Shown here piece after piece: positions 45,301 to 60,065 of a DNA stretch of 64,000 nucleotides (the stretch's first letter is position 1; each line of letters begins with the position of its first letter). The stretch is from Eledone cirrhosa. Its lineage: Eukaryota. The position numbers were made by a program, and so were the translations under genes. The DNA is taken from assembly GCA_964016885.1 (NCBI GenBank), contig OZ024740.1, forward strand, positions 23,622,001-23,686,000. The letters run 5' to 3'. The notes beneath the pieces were generated by a model. That model was not told where the DNA came from. It saw nothing but the letters and a program-made list of their open reading frames with translations, and did no database searches.

Positions 45301-47170
45301 ACCACCACCAACAACACTACCAACAACACCAACACCACCACCAACAACACTACCAACAACACCACCAACAACACCAACACCAACACTACCAACAACACCA
45401 CCATCAACACCAAAACCAACACTACCAACACCACCAACACCACCACCAACTACACTACCAACAACACCAACACCACCACCAACAACACTACCAACAACAC
45501 CACCACCAACACCAACACCAACACTACCAACACCACCTTCACCACCACCAACAACACTACCAACAACACCAACTCACCACCAACAACACTACCAACAACA
45601 CCAGCACCAACACCAACACCAACACAAACAACACCACCAACAACACTACCAAACAACACTACCACCAATACCAACACCAACACCACCAACACCACTACCA
45701 ACAATATTACCAACAACACCACCACCACCACCAACAACAACACCAACACCAACACAACCAACACCACCAACAACAACACCAACAACACTACAAACAACAC
45801 TACAAACAACACCGCCACCAACACCAACACCACCAACACCACCAACAACACTACCAACAACACCACCTCCAACACCAACACCAACACTACCAACACCACC
45901 AACACCACCACCAACAACACTACCAACAACACCAACACCACCACCAACAACACTACCAACAACACCACCAACAACACCAACACCAACACTACCAACAACA
46001 CCACCACCAACACCAACAACACCACCAACAACACTACCAACAACACCACCTCCAGCACCAACACCAACACTACCAACACCACCAACACCACCACCAACAA
46101 CACTACCAACAACACCACCACCACAAATACTACCACCACCACCACCACCTCCAACAACAACATCATCTACATCAACACCAATAAAACCACCACCACCAAC
46201 AATAACACCACCACCTACAACACCACAGTCAACACCAGCACCAACATCACCATCGCTACCACCACCACCAACAACACCATCACCACCACCACCACTATCA
46301 CCACCACCAATACCACCACCAACACCACCAGCAACAACACCACCACCATCAACAACAACACCACCACCGACACCACCAACACCACCACTAACACTACCAA
46401 CAACAACAAAACCACCACCACCACAACGACCACCACCAAATACAACACGACCACCACCAACACCATCACCACCAACACCACCAACACCACCACTAACACC
46501 ACCACCATCCCCACCACATCACCACCACCAATACCACCACCACCACCACCACCACCAAGAACAACAGCACCAATACCACCACCACTAACAACAACAACAC
46601 CACCACCACCACCAACACCACCACAGCCACCAACACCACCACTAACACCACCACCACCAACACCACCAGCACCAACACCACCAATACCACCACCACCACC
46701 ACTAACACCACCACCACCACCACCACCACCAGCAACAACAACTACAACAACATTACCACCACCACCACCAACACCACCACCACCACCACCACCAACACCA
46801 CCACCAACAACTACAACAATACCACTAACACCACCACCACCACGAACAACAACAACAACTACAACAACTACAACAACACCACTTACACCACCAACAACAA
46901 CAACAACAACTACAACACCACCACCACCACCACCACCAACACCACCGCCACGATGACTACCACCACCAACATCAACAATAACAACTACAACAACACCACT
47001 AACACCACCACCAACAACAATAACAACTAGAACAGCACCACTAACACCACCACCACCAACAACAACACCTACTACAACACCACCACCACCACCACCAACA
47101 ACAACTACAACAACACCACTAACCCTCCCCCCAACAACCACAACAACAACTACAACAGTACCACTAACAC
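42350..47170. repeat. AAC/ACC cryptic low-complexity tract with internal block duplications
   Basis: Almost entirely AAC/ACC/ACT triplets with frequent register shifts; grades into pure ACC runs after about 46.1 kb. Confidence 0.93.
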
Positions 47171-47287
47171 CACCCGCAATACTGAAATGGGAAAAAATTC
47201 AGAAAATCAAAAACAACAGCACACAACTGTAAAAAAAAACAAAAACACAACACAAAAATTGGGAAATTATGTATGTAAAAACATAGG

Positions 47288-47450
47288 ATGAACAGCAACA
47301 ACAATAACAACAACATAGACAACAACAATAATAGTTTGAACATCAGTAGCAGCATAAATAACAACAACAACACCATAGACAACAACATTAATAGTTTGAA
47401 CAGCAGTAGCAGCATGAACAATAACAACAGCAACATAGACAACAACAACA
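47288..47450. repeat. About 60-bp tandem repeat, roughly 3 copies
   Basis: catagacaacaaca..aatagtttgaaca.cagtagcagcat recurs at 60-bp spacing. Confidence 0.75.
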
Positions 47451-48720
47451 AAAGAAGGACATAAAAAAACAAAACATAAACAGTGGGGAAAATACATAAA
47501 AAATTGAAAAAAAAACACGATGAACGATAGAAAGACTGTGGAAAATATCAACAATAACAACAAAAAAAGACATCATAAACACAAACATCAACATCAACAT
47601 CAACAACAACACTAACACAAACATCAACAACAACAACAACATTAACACAAACATCAACAACAACAACAAACTCAACATTAACAACAACCACAAAAATCAA
47701 CAATAACAACAATAATAACAACACCACCACTTATAAAATATTACAAAAATGTTTTTAAGCAATACGGTGTTGCTTGAATATAATTCTAGTTGCCAAGGTA
47801 ACGTAAGTGATTCTAACACACAGTCTTCAGATAATGGTCTCCAGTAACTTTGAAGGAATCCATTAAAGATATCAAACAGTTACATAAATATTTCCGAGTG
47901 GGTGACCAGTGTTGTTCAGCCAGAAGGTTTGACTGAGTGATCTTATCTTTTCGGTTTCAGATATCACATGAAGCTTCTTCACTTCACTTAAATTTCTTTT
48001 ATAGTCTAAGAGAGAAGTATGGGCTGAATTATTGGAGATTTGAATCATGTGATTTCTTAGGTACGAATTATAAGATATATATATACCTCCTCCATTCTGT
48101 CCGCCGGGGCTGTGGGGAGGCCACCAATATGATTGACTGACTTGTCATTTTATCCTTCTTACTTAATAACCCACCTACTACCATACAAAATAACTTGTCA
48201 CTTCAGCTATCCTGTAGCAGTAGTAGTGCTGATGTAGATATAGGATCAAATCTAGCAGGAGTCAACTTAGTCTAGCATCATCTCTGTGTAACTGTAGCAA
48301 ATATTCAAGTTAAATACTGACAGATTTACACAATTAGACGCCCATGCCAAATATCTGACCTTATGTTGATGTAAGAAACAATTATGTATATGTTTTTGCC
48401 TCCGTGTACCCAGCTTGTGTTACCGTGATTCCTTTATGATTGTTATACAATACACCTGATGATGTCGCTGTAATTCTACTGACCATTTAAATATATATAG
48501 TGTCTACAGAAATAAATACTTTAGAGGAATCTCAACTTTCCGTCCTCTTGTCACTTTATTCGATATTTAACTCCGTTCACGCACCACCAACAGAATATTA
48601 CATCAAACATGATTGACTTGCGTAACGTTGAGTGATTTAACTAATATCGTATCATGTTTAACTATACGGAATGACCAGTTCTATCCAGTGGTGAACCACC
48701 AACTTCAATATTTATATATA

Positions 48721-49529
<809 letters not shown>

Positions 49530-49688
49530 CAGGATGGATTCAGTTTGAAAGTGGTTAGACCATTGCTCAACAGAGTACTCGATACTTGAGGTCGTAGAAT
49601 ATGGTTAATTTAGAAAGACTCTAGATCTAGCTGTTGAAACGGCAAGAACTCAACCGTCGGGTTCCGTCTCTTTATAATATGTATATAC

Positions 49689-49747
<59 letters not shown>

Positions 49748-49837
49748 CGCGCACGCGCGTGAGTATGTTTATATATATATATCAATATATAGTGACGAAA
49801 CATAAGTCAATTGCATGAACTCATAATCCTTTATTTA

Positions 49838-49891
49838 CTGCTATATATATTTTCATGATAGCCATTGAATGGCTATGACCTCATCAGACAG
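49838..49891 (-). ncRNA. Minimal type-I hammerhead
   Basis: CUGU-CUGAUGA-GGUC-AUAGCCAU(UCA)AUGGCUAU-CAU-GAAA-AUAUAUA-UA-GCAG, then AAUAAA. Confidence 0.7.
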
Positions 49892-50308
49892 TTAGTCAGT
49901 TCTTAAATATGCCAGCTCTGTGTTTATGGTGTTGATGGTATCAGAGCCTTTGGGACATATATCAATATATATATATATGAATGTATGTATAGAATATTTG
50001 GCAATATACCGTATGTTTAATTAAAATCATTTTGAAGACCTTGCGCTATCATTTTAAAGTAGTGACTATGTCACTTACGTCTTTTTGTCTGACATTGAAG
50101 GTACACATCTTATTTATTTTAAAGTATGGTTAAGTCGTGGTTATTCTATTCTTTATGATCTGTGATATTGTAAAATTATTGCGATTGAAAATTATCCCAT
50201 TTGATGGAACCCTCAACTGAATCTGCCTATCGTGCTGTGAAATATAAAATCATATTTGAGCTTTGAATTATTCTTTGTCTTATATGACTGTTATGTTTGT
50301 GGTATCAC

Positions 50309-50366
<58 letters not shown>

Positions 50367-50372
50367 GTTATT

Positions 50373-50558
50373 CTGGGTTGAGTCGGAGGTAACCACAGTA
50401 AGTAAGGTACTCAATACATTGCAGAGTATAAAAGTTTTAATATAGATGAGATTCTACAGGACTAGAACTGTTTCATTCTTTAGAAATCATCAGAATGAGA
50501 TTCCTGATGATTTCTAAAGAATGAAACAGTTCTAGTCCTGTAGAATCTCATCTATATT

Positions 50559-50562
<4 letters not shown>
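50373..50562. mobile_element. Short PLE-pLTR-like fold-back with an HHR-like core on both strands
   Basis: Perfect inverted arms at about 50435-50493 and 50504-50562 containing CTGATGA-tttctaaagaat-GAAAC. Relatives at 27117-27238 and 53998-54034. Confidence 0.65.
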
Positions 50563-50619
<57 letters not shown>

Positions 50620-50790
50620 TGTTACATGCCAACACAAGTGCAAGAATGAGGGGTTCATTCTACTGACATGGCTTTAAAAATGAAGCTTGTTTGCATAATT
50701 GCAAACGAGTCGGATATTATTATTAATATTCGAAAAGCTCAGATTACATTTATTGTATTTAGCCATGTAGAGAGAAAAATGTTTAAAAAT

Positions 50791-50821
<31 letters not shown>

Positions 50822-51141
50822 ATATATATATATATATATATATGCATACACACACCTTTTATGATGTGCAGTTTACCACAGTGTAGATGAAGTAATTCCG
50901 GTTGGCAAACCATGATGTAATAAGTTAAAGCAACATTAAAAGAATATTTCGAGGCCGGCCTTCTATTGTTTTTAATCCCCCCCCCCCACATATATATATA
51001 TATATATGTATTGTTGCCAATAAAAACACCTACATGTTGTTTTCACTTCAATTTATTATATATGCCTGGCTGGTTAGTTGGTTCGATAAGCCGATGGTTG
51101 TGTATATATTGTCAAAGCTCTTTCGTCACACATTCTGTGAA

Positions 51142-51272
<131 letters not shown>

Positions 51273-51514
51273 TGTAATACGATGAAATACTGGTGTTGGT
51301 ACCGAATCAAGCACTCTATGCAAACGCATAAAAAAAGGGCGAGGAAGTTTCGTTTACATATGGAAAATATTTATTGCGTATCGACCTGTTACTCACGATT
51401 CGCAGAGGATTGGCTCAAGGTGACCCATAGCGGTTATGGACCCGACTCCAGTATTGATCTGTTTTTCAGACTGGTGATGGGACAAAAGATATATTTTTTC
51501 TATTATATAATATA

Positions 51515-52106
51515 CTAGCAGTGGTACCCGGCGTTGCACGGGATAAGATATTGTGAAATATATAACCGCTTTAGCGAAGCTTAGTATTGCTACAACCACA
51601 GCTGGCAAAGAAGTAAAGGTTCGGTGGTACATAAGTAAGCAACACTGTGGCTTAAAACGTGAGGAAGAAGTTGTGTGCACTTACCAACTGTTTGGGGAAT
51701 GAGGTTGAGATTTGTCTTGAGCAACGGTGGCGGAATAACCGGAGGTAGCAGACATCCAGACATACAGACAGATATTATAAGGGCGCGTTCTGGACGCAGA
51801 GCGAATTGTAGGAAGTGACGTGATGCAGACAGGCAGGCATACAGACATATATTATAAGGGTGCGACGTTATATATATGTATCTATCTAAAAAGAGAAAGA
51901 CTAAGAATTATTGAGAGAGATCGCTAAATCGCCTGATGCGGTCCCTAGGACATTAAAAATTTGAAATTTCTTTTCCTCAGAACACTCCCTGAAACATAAG
52001 TATTACATGTGTAAAGTTTGAAAACATTCGGTTGGGTGTTTCTCTAGCTTTAGGCATTCAAACTCACACACACACAGACAGACATCCTCAGTTTTATATA
52101 TATAGA
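51515..52106 (-). mobile_element. Non-autonomous Helitron (same termini as 48845-49484)
   Basis: Minus strand begins TCtatatatataaaactgagg and ends cccgtgcaacgccggg-taccactg-CTAG|T. Confidence 0.8.
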
Positions 52107-52144
52107 CTAGTAGAAAACCACTCGGAGGGTGGTTTTTCTACTAG

Positions 52145-52359
52145 TCTATATATATAAAACTGAGGATGTCTGTCTGTGTGTGTGTGAGTTTGAATGCCTA
52201 AAGCTAGAGAAACACCCAACCGAATGTTTTCAAACTTTACACATGTAATACTTATGTTTCAGGGAGTGTTCTGAGGAAAAGAAATTTCAAATTTTTAATG
52301 CCCTAGGGACCGCATCAGGCGATTTAGCGATCTCTCTATATAGGGTGGTTTTCTGCTAG
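52145..52359 (+). mobile_element. 215-bp mini-Helitron, inverted copy of the neighbour's 5' end
   Basis: Begins TC and ends gggtggttttctgCTAG|T; mirrors 51914-52106. Confidence 0.7.
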
Positions 52360-52421
52360 TCGATGTATATTAAACACACACACAAACACACAAACACAAA
52401 CACACAAACACAAACACAGAC

Positions 52422-52452
<31 letters not shown>

Positions 52453-53533
52453 CACCCATGTTCATATTTTGAGATGCATTATTCTCAAATCAGATTATTA
52501 TCTCTGACAGGAAGAACCAGTTTATAATTTTTAAGAAAAATTAAGCATACAGACATATTTTAGGAAACTTATGAATTCCTGTACACACACGTACACTTAC
52601 ACAGATACACACAGACACACGCACAGACAGACAAACTCGCATACAGACACATACGCTAACACACACATACCATACACACACTCATACATACGCACATATA
52701 CACACACGCTAACACACACATACACACGCACATACACACTTAAACCGATATATATGTATATATATATAGAGAGACACACATATTATACATATATAATATA
52801 TATATATAATAGATATATATATATATATATTATATATATATATATTATATATATATATATTATATATACACACACACACACATATAACACACACCCATAT
52901 ATAAAACACACACACACGCACACATACACACACACACATATAACACACACACACATATATAACACACACACGCACACACATACACACACACATACACACA
53001 CACACACACACACACATAACACACACACATATAATACACACACACACACGCATACACACAAATATAACACACACACACGCATACACACACATATAACACA
53101 CACACACATATATATATATATTATATGCTCAGCCCCAGTGAGTTGGTTAAAACACCAAAAGCCAGTCTTAAAGTTGTCGTCTGTAAATTCAAAGAACTCG
53201 GCTGTGTCTGGCTAGATCTCCATGGTAACTACTCCAAGGTCTCGCGTGCCATGGCTGGCAACGCAGGTGTCACGTGCTGGCCTAGAACGCTGGTTGTTGG
53301 AATCAGTGGTCGACGACATAACATATATATTATGTGTGTGGAATAGTATAAATATTTCATCGTATTTACTAACATATATATATATATATTATATTATATA
53401 TACATACATTATATATATATTATTAATATAATACATACGTACATTTATTTATATATATATTTATTAAAAAAAAAGATTAAAGTTTAAGCAAAGAATCGCT
53501 GCTTTCACCCTTAACGGGATCTTCTGAAACTAA

Positions 53534-53915
<382 letters not shown>

Positions 53916-54034
53916 CTTCCACTCGTGTAGGACACCTCGGTTATTTTTCATTTTGTAAAAAAAACCTCATTTTCTAATATATATATATATATATATATTC
54001 CTGGTGATTTCTCAAGAATGAAATAGTTCTAGTC

Positions 54035-54280
54035 TATATATATATTACACACACAGAAATGTATATATATTTCTGTGTGTGTATATATATATATATATAT
54101 ATTAAACACACAGAAATGTATATATATTTCTGTGTGTGTATATATATATATATTACACACACAGAAATGTATATATATTTCTGTGTGTATATATATATTA
54201 CACACACAGAAATGTATATATATTTCTGTGTGTGTATATATATATATATATTAAACACACAGAAATGTATATATATTTCA
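54035..54280. repeat. Tandem palindromic minisatellite (acacacagaaatgtatatatatttctgtgtgt); further copies at 55425-55880
   Basis: Four to five self-complementary units separated by (TA)n. Confidence 0.8.
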
Positions 54281-54877
54281 CAAAATTATTATTAATGTTT
54301 TGCTGTTCATAGCAATTGGAATTGAAAAATTACTTTTGAAATTATTAGTTATTTTACTAATGCTTAGATATGTAAAAATGAAGCAATGTTTCTAATAATT
54401 GTTTCTACTTTTGGCACAAGGCCAGCAATTACCCAGTACAATACTGGTACTTTATTTTATCGACCCCGTGAGGATGAAAGGCAAAGTTAACCTCGGCGGT
54501 ATTTGAACTCAGACCATAATGGGACGTAACTCCATGCTATGAAGCATGGTGTCGACTCTCTACAGATTCTGCCAATCCACCGCCCTAATGTCTGTACGTA
54601 ATGAGGGAGTGAGAGGGGAGAGAAAGAAAGGCAGAGGTGAAGTGACGAAGTGACTCTCCTCCTCCTCCTCCTCCTCCTCCGCCATCTCCCCATTCGTCAC
54701 AGCGATAGAGGGGAGGAATGTTAGTGTGTTACAAACAGAAAGATTGAGAGTGAGAGAAACAGACATACTAAAAGAGAGGGATAGCTGGAGAGAGAGAGAG
54801 ATAGCAACCACGCGCGCACGTGTTTCCACTGTCGCACAGACAGACAGAGAAATTGCTGGTTATATATTATAAGTAGA
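54240..54877. repeat. Local duplication, copy 1 (copy 2 at about 55850-56482): SINE A plus Helitron-like 5' segment
   Basis: About 630 bp of close identity at an offset of about 1.6 kb. Confidence 0.9.
54393..54584 (-). mobile_element. SINE family A (duplicate at 56001-56192)
   Basis: Full head, core and tail on the minus strand. Confidence 0.87.
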
Positions 54878-55420
54878 CTAGCAGAAAACCACTCGGTGGG
54901 CGGTTTTCTGCTAGCAAATCTAGTGTATATACTGATATTGTTGAGATTTGGATGAGAAATGTTTTCGGCACCACATGTTTACCGTCTCTCGGTGTGTCTT
55001 TTATGCATGTATAAATATATATGTTATCTATACGGTGAAATCTTTGAAATAAATATATGTTAAAACGAAAAAGGAGAAAAAGAGATTAGTGACGGAAATA
55101 TAAACGTTATGATACATAAACGTTATGATATAACGATGGAAATATATCTTCAAATTGTCCTTTGCATGGTGTCAAGTCAGAACCGCCTCGAACTGGTTAC
55201 TTCTGGCTTGTGCAAGGTGTCTCTATAGCAACCAGCGATTCCCTCGGCCTCAGTGACCAAAGTCAGTGGAGAGGGGAAGGTAATGTTTCTATAGCGACAG
55301 TGTTTCTCTCGGTAGTACCAAAGTGGAGAAAGGAAGGGGAAGGTAATATTTCTGTAGCACCTACATTTGAGTTTTAGGGAAGGACAGACAGACAGACAGA
55401 CACACAGAGAAATGGCCATA
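54878..55420 (-). mobile_element. Helitron-like element joined head-to-tail to another Helitron 5' end
   Basis: (GTCT)n near the 5' end; hairpin plus CTAG at 54878-54881, immediately followed on the minus strand by TCtacttataatatataa. Confidence 0.55.
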
Positions 55421-55426
55421 CATTGC

Positions 55427-55471
<45 letters not shown>

Positions 55472-55534
55472 CACACACAGAAATGTATATATATTTCTGT
55501 GTGTGTATATATATATATTAAAAAAAGGAACGAT

Positions 55535-55741
55535 CGACTTTCGTCAAATCGGACCGAGGGAACAAAGTTTCCGTTGGTCTTTCCAATTGCTAATACTATC
55601 TATCGGTCGCAACTCCAGATAGAAGGAGCAACGTGAAATAAAGTGTCTTGCTCAAGGACATAACGCATCGCCTGGTCCAGGAATCGAACTCACAACCTTA
55701 CGATTGCGAATCCAATTCTCTAACCACTCAGCCACACGCCT
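55535..55741 (-). mobile_element. SINE family B
   Basis: TGGCTGAGTGG (A box), GAGTTCGATTCC (B box), TGTCCTTGAGCAAGACAC. Confidence 0.85.
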
Positions 55742-57061
55742 ATATATATATATATATATTACCCACACTGATATGTATATATATTTCTGTGTGTATATAT
55801 ATATATTTCTGTGTGTGTATATATATATTTCTGTGTGTGTATATTTATATATATTACACACACACAAATGTATATATATTTCTTAGAACAACATTATTAT
55901 TAATGTTTTGCTGTTCATAACAATTGGAATTGAAAAATTACTTTTGAAATTATTAGTTATTTTACTAATGCTTAGATATGTAAAAATGAAGCAATGTTTC
56001 TAATAATTGTTTCTACTTTTGGCACAAGGTCAGCAATTACCCAGTACATTACTGGTACTTTATTTTATCGACCCCGTGAGGATGAAAGGCAAAGTTAACC
56101 TCAGCGGTATTTGAACTCAGACCGTAAAGGGACGTAACTCCATGCTATGAAGCATGGTGTCCGACTCTCTACAGATTCTGCCCATCCACCGTCCTAATGT
56201 CTCTACGTAATGAGGTAGTGAGAGGGGAGAGAAAGAAAGGCAGAGGTGAAGTGACGAAGTGACTATCTCCTCCTCCTCCTCCTCCTCCATCTCCCCATTC
56301 GTCACAGCGATAGAGGGGAGGAATGTTAGTGTGTTACAAAGAGAAAGAGTGAGAGTGAGAGAAACAGACAGACTAAAAGAGAGGGATAGCTGGAGAGAGA
56401 GAGAGATAGCAACCACGCGCGCACGTGTTTCCACTGTCGCACAGACAGACAGAGAAATTGGTGGTTATATATTATAAGGAGATATATGCATTTATATATA
56501 TATATATATAAATGTTGTGGTTACCCCCGATCCAAGCCGGAATAACTATATTTTAGTCTACGACTTCTGCAACACCATTTACGTGGTTTTGTCTTTGCGT
56601 GCTATTATTCTCCACGCTCCACATATGACGTATTATCTTCGTTTTTTCCATTCATTGCCAGAGAACGTCTCTATGAACCACCTAAGAGAATATTAGTCTA
56701 CGACTTCTTTTATACCATAAACGTGGTTTTGTCTTTGCGTGTAATTGTTTTTCACGCTCCAAATAATGACGTATATATATTCGTTTTTTTCCCGTTCTTT
56801 GCCAGGGAACGTTTCCACGAAACAAAGTATCGTCTCCTGTCTTGCTCCGGTTTAAACGTTTTTTGAAATATTCACTCCTGCGTTCACAGATTGACTTTGT
56901 TAGTTTCAGAAGGTCCCGTTAAGGGTGAAAGCAGCGATTCTTTGCTTAAACTTTAATCTGTTAGTTTAATAAATATTTGCTCAACCGTTCTTATATATTT
57001 GATTTATATTTATCCTTATCGAGCCCTCTTTGTATTTTAGTCTTCAAATTTTTATTATTAC

Positions 57062-57093
<32 letters not shown>

Positions 57094-57164
57094 CTTATAT
57101 ATATATACACACACACACACACATATAATATATATATATATATATTTATATATATTTATATATA

Positions 57165-57241
<77 letters not shown>

Positions 57242-57254
57242 GTATATATATACG

Positions 57255-57340
<86 letters not shown>

Positions 57341-57475
57341 ATATATCTATATATCTATATATATAATAACTAGGAATTGATCAACATATATATAAATAAA
57401 TATAAACATGAAAAATCACAGGAGATCATTTTTACAAGCGTGCAACCACGCATGGCTAGTAGGTAACAAATAAAT

Positions 57476-57884
57476 AAAGTTAACTAGAACTTCAAAAATA
57501 TATACCTTTTAATGATTAATCTTCCCTGTATATATTTCATTAAAGAAATATATTTCACCAATTAATCAGATGGTAAGTCACGGAAAGAGGATATTATTGG
57601 ATTTTATTGACTGCTATTTCTAGTTGTCGAATACCTATTCACGCCACTGAAACGAAGCAGCTGTGATGTGTAATATCAACACGTGGTAACGGCCAGTTTA
57701 AGATTTTGACTCGAAGTGTAAACATGGATCGCTTGATATTATTCTTCCTTGTCGATAATCCAATAATATCCACTTTCCGTGACTTACCATCTGATTCATT
57801 GGTGAAATATATTTCTTTAATGAAATATATACAGGGAAGATTAATCATTAAAAGGTATATATTTTTGAAGTTCTAGTTAACTTT
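57476..57884. mobile_element. Inverted-repeat element (about 128-bp arms, about 153-bp spacer); MITE or fold-back, class unknown
   Basis: 57476-57603 is the near-perfect reverse complement of 57757-57884. Confidence 0.75.
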
Positions 57885-58003
57885 CATATGACTCCAGTTC
57901 CTCAGTGAATTAACAACCCAACTAGGAACTGGGCATATCAGAGTATTGACAATATTATACACCTAAACAACATATGTACTTGTCTATACCATACTAATTC
58001 AAA

Positions 58004-58056
58004 TTGCCTGAAAAGGTCACAGCCAAAGATGGCTGTCACTGAAATATATATAGCAG
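58004..58056 (+). ncRNA. Hammerhead motif (relative of 49838-49891) with a G8A substitution
   Basis: UUGC-CUGAAAA-GGUC-ACAGCCA(AAGA)UGGCUGU-CACU-GAAA-UAUAUA-UA-GCAG. Confidence 0.6.
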
Positions 58057-58140
58057 TAATAAACGAAGCTAAATTTTAATCATTTGACTTTTATTTAACT
58101 TTATTTTATATATATATATATATAGATATAGATATATATA

Positions 58141-58242
<102 letters not shown>

Positions 58243-58473
58243 TTAGAAACACACAGATACATGCAGACACACACATATACATGAATGCATCCGCACCCAA
58301 CCGTGAGTTAAGGGTGCCAACTTCACCGATGTTGCTCAATGAATGACTGGGACAGACCAATCCGGTTGAACTAGACTGAACCAGTATCAGAGTTAAAAAT
58401 ACATTATGAAGAGAGAAGAAACATTTAGATATAATTAGTAATAAAATGTATCATACCTAAACTGCTCCTAGAT

Positions 58474-58564
58474 TCCTCGACTACGTAGTTTCGTGGCATA
58501 AACAAAAACAATACATCATAAAGATATAGAGTCCTTGCGAGGTTTGCCGACATATCAAGAGGAT
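58474..58564 (-). ncRNA. Possible hammerhead with a long helix II, within a pLTR-like segment
   Basis: UCCUC-UUGAUAU-GUCGGCA...UGCCAC-GAA-ACUACGUAGU-C-GAGGA; A9 is not conserved; TATAAATA lies upstream. Confidence 0.45.
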
Positions 58565-58794
58565 ACCTCATTTTACTAGTCTCAAGAACGCGTCTACACG
58601 ACGTGAGAAAGAATCCCAAAAGGCGGAGGGGGAGATAGTCACGCGATATAACGGTCGAGAAACAGAGCTAAGCCTCTTATAACCCCGAAGAAAATACCAC
58701 GGAGGCGGAGGGGGTATTTATATCGAAGCCGTAGAAGAGGTGGTGAAGGAGGCGAGAAGTATGAGTAATGGAAGCTTTCCAGCAGTCCCCACAC

Positions 58795-58844
<50 letters not shown>

Positions 58845-59076
58845 TATTTATATCAAAGTGAAGGAAGAGTATTTTAACTTTATTTTATTCAGAGTTAAGA
58901 CTCTATTGATTTTTCCCTGGATTTCACAAAATCTGTGGATAAATCTATGTCTTGATTTTTTTTAAAATTGAGTTTTCCCACATCTTACGTTAATTATTTT
59001 TCCATTTTGACGTTTTAGTCACTTATATATTATGAAATACTGTTGGCTTCCTGCTCACAATAATTTCTATTCTTTC

Positions 59077-59122
<46 letters not shown>

Positions 59123-59933
59123 TAGATATGTTTGCAAATATTTCAAGGTCCATAAGCTCCACATCAGACCATCCGCCTGTGTAAGTTTGAAACTCAATTC
59201 GCTCTACATCACATATTTACATGAACATATAAGTCATGGACTGGGAAAATTGATATTACGTATCGGAAAATCAGATTCTTTAAATATGGAACTTCTTGAA
59301 ATTCCCAATGGAAATAAGTGATAGAGAAAACGAAGAGTGTTGATGGTGAGTCAACAGATGTGATAATACACCTGCTCCGTTACTGGAGTATATGTCAGTC
59401 AGATTCCATACATACACACATATATATAGAGAGAGATAAATACATATATACATACACACCTACCTACATATATACATGCATACACACATATATACATATA
59501 GAGATAAATACATATATACATTCACACATGCATACATACATACACACATGCATACACACATACATACGCATATATATACATATAGAGATAAATCCATATA
59601 TGTATATACACCTACATATATACATATATACATGCATACACACATACATACACATATATACATAGAGACATACATATATACATATATACATACACATATA
59701 TACATATAGAGATACATACATATATGCATACACACCTACATACATACATACATACATACATACATACATACACACATATATACATATAGAGATAAATTCA
59801 TATATACATACATATATAGATGCATATATGCATACATATATATACCTACATACATATAATCGTATATATGTACATGGACATATATATATAACTGTATATA
59901 AACGCACACACAGACAGACAGACACAGAAAGAC

Positions 59934-59964
<31 letters not shown>

Positions 59965-60065
59965 TATCTTATTGTCAACATGACCCTCCCAAAGTATATA
60001 TATATATATATATATAGTGGAAGAGAGAGAGTGTGTGTGTTTGAGAGAGAGGGGCAGGGACAGAG

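Noticed and set aside
42354-47141. Val/Leu/Gly-rich minus-strand ORFs and Pro/Thr-rich plus frames
   Set aside because: Low-complexity triplet DNA with frequent frameshifts.
48456-48490. CTGATGATGTC..GAC partial hammerhead
   Set aside because: GAAA and helix III are missing; at most a pLTR relic.
53126-53317. Possible solo LTR (TG...CA)
   Set aside because: No TSD, primer-binding site, polypurine tract or second copy to support it.
55660-55741. tRNA gene
   Set aside because: A and B boxes continue into a SINE core, and no full cloverleaf is evident.
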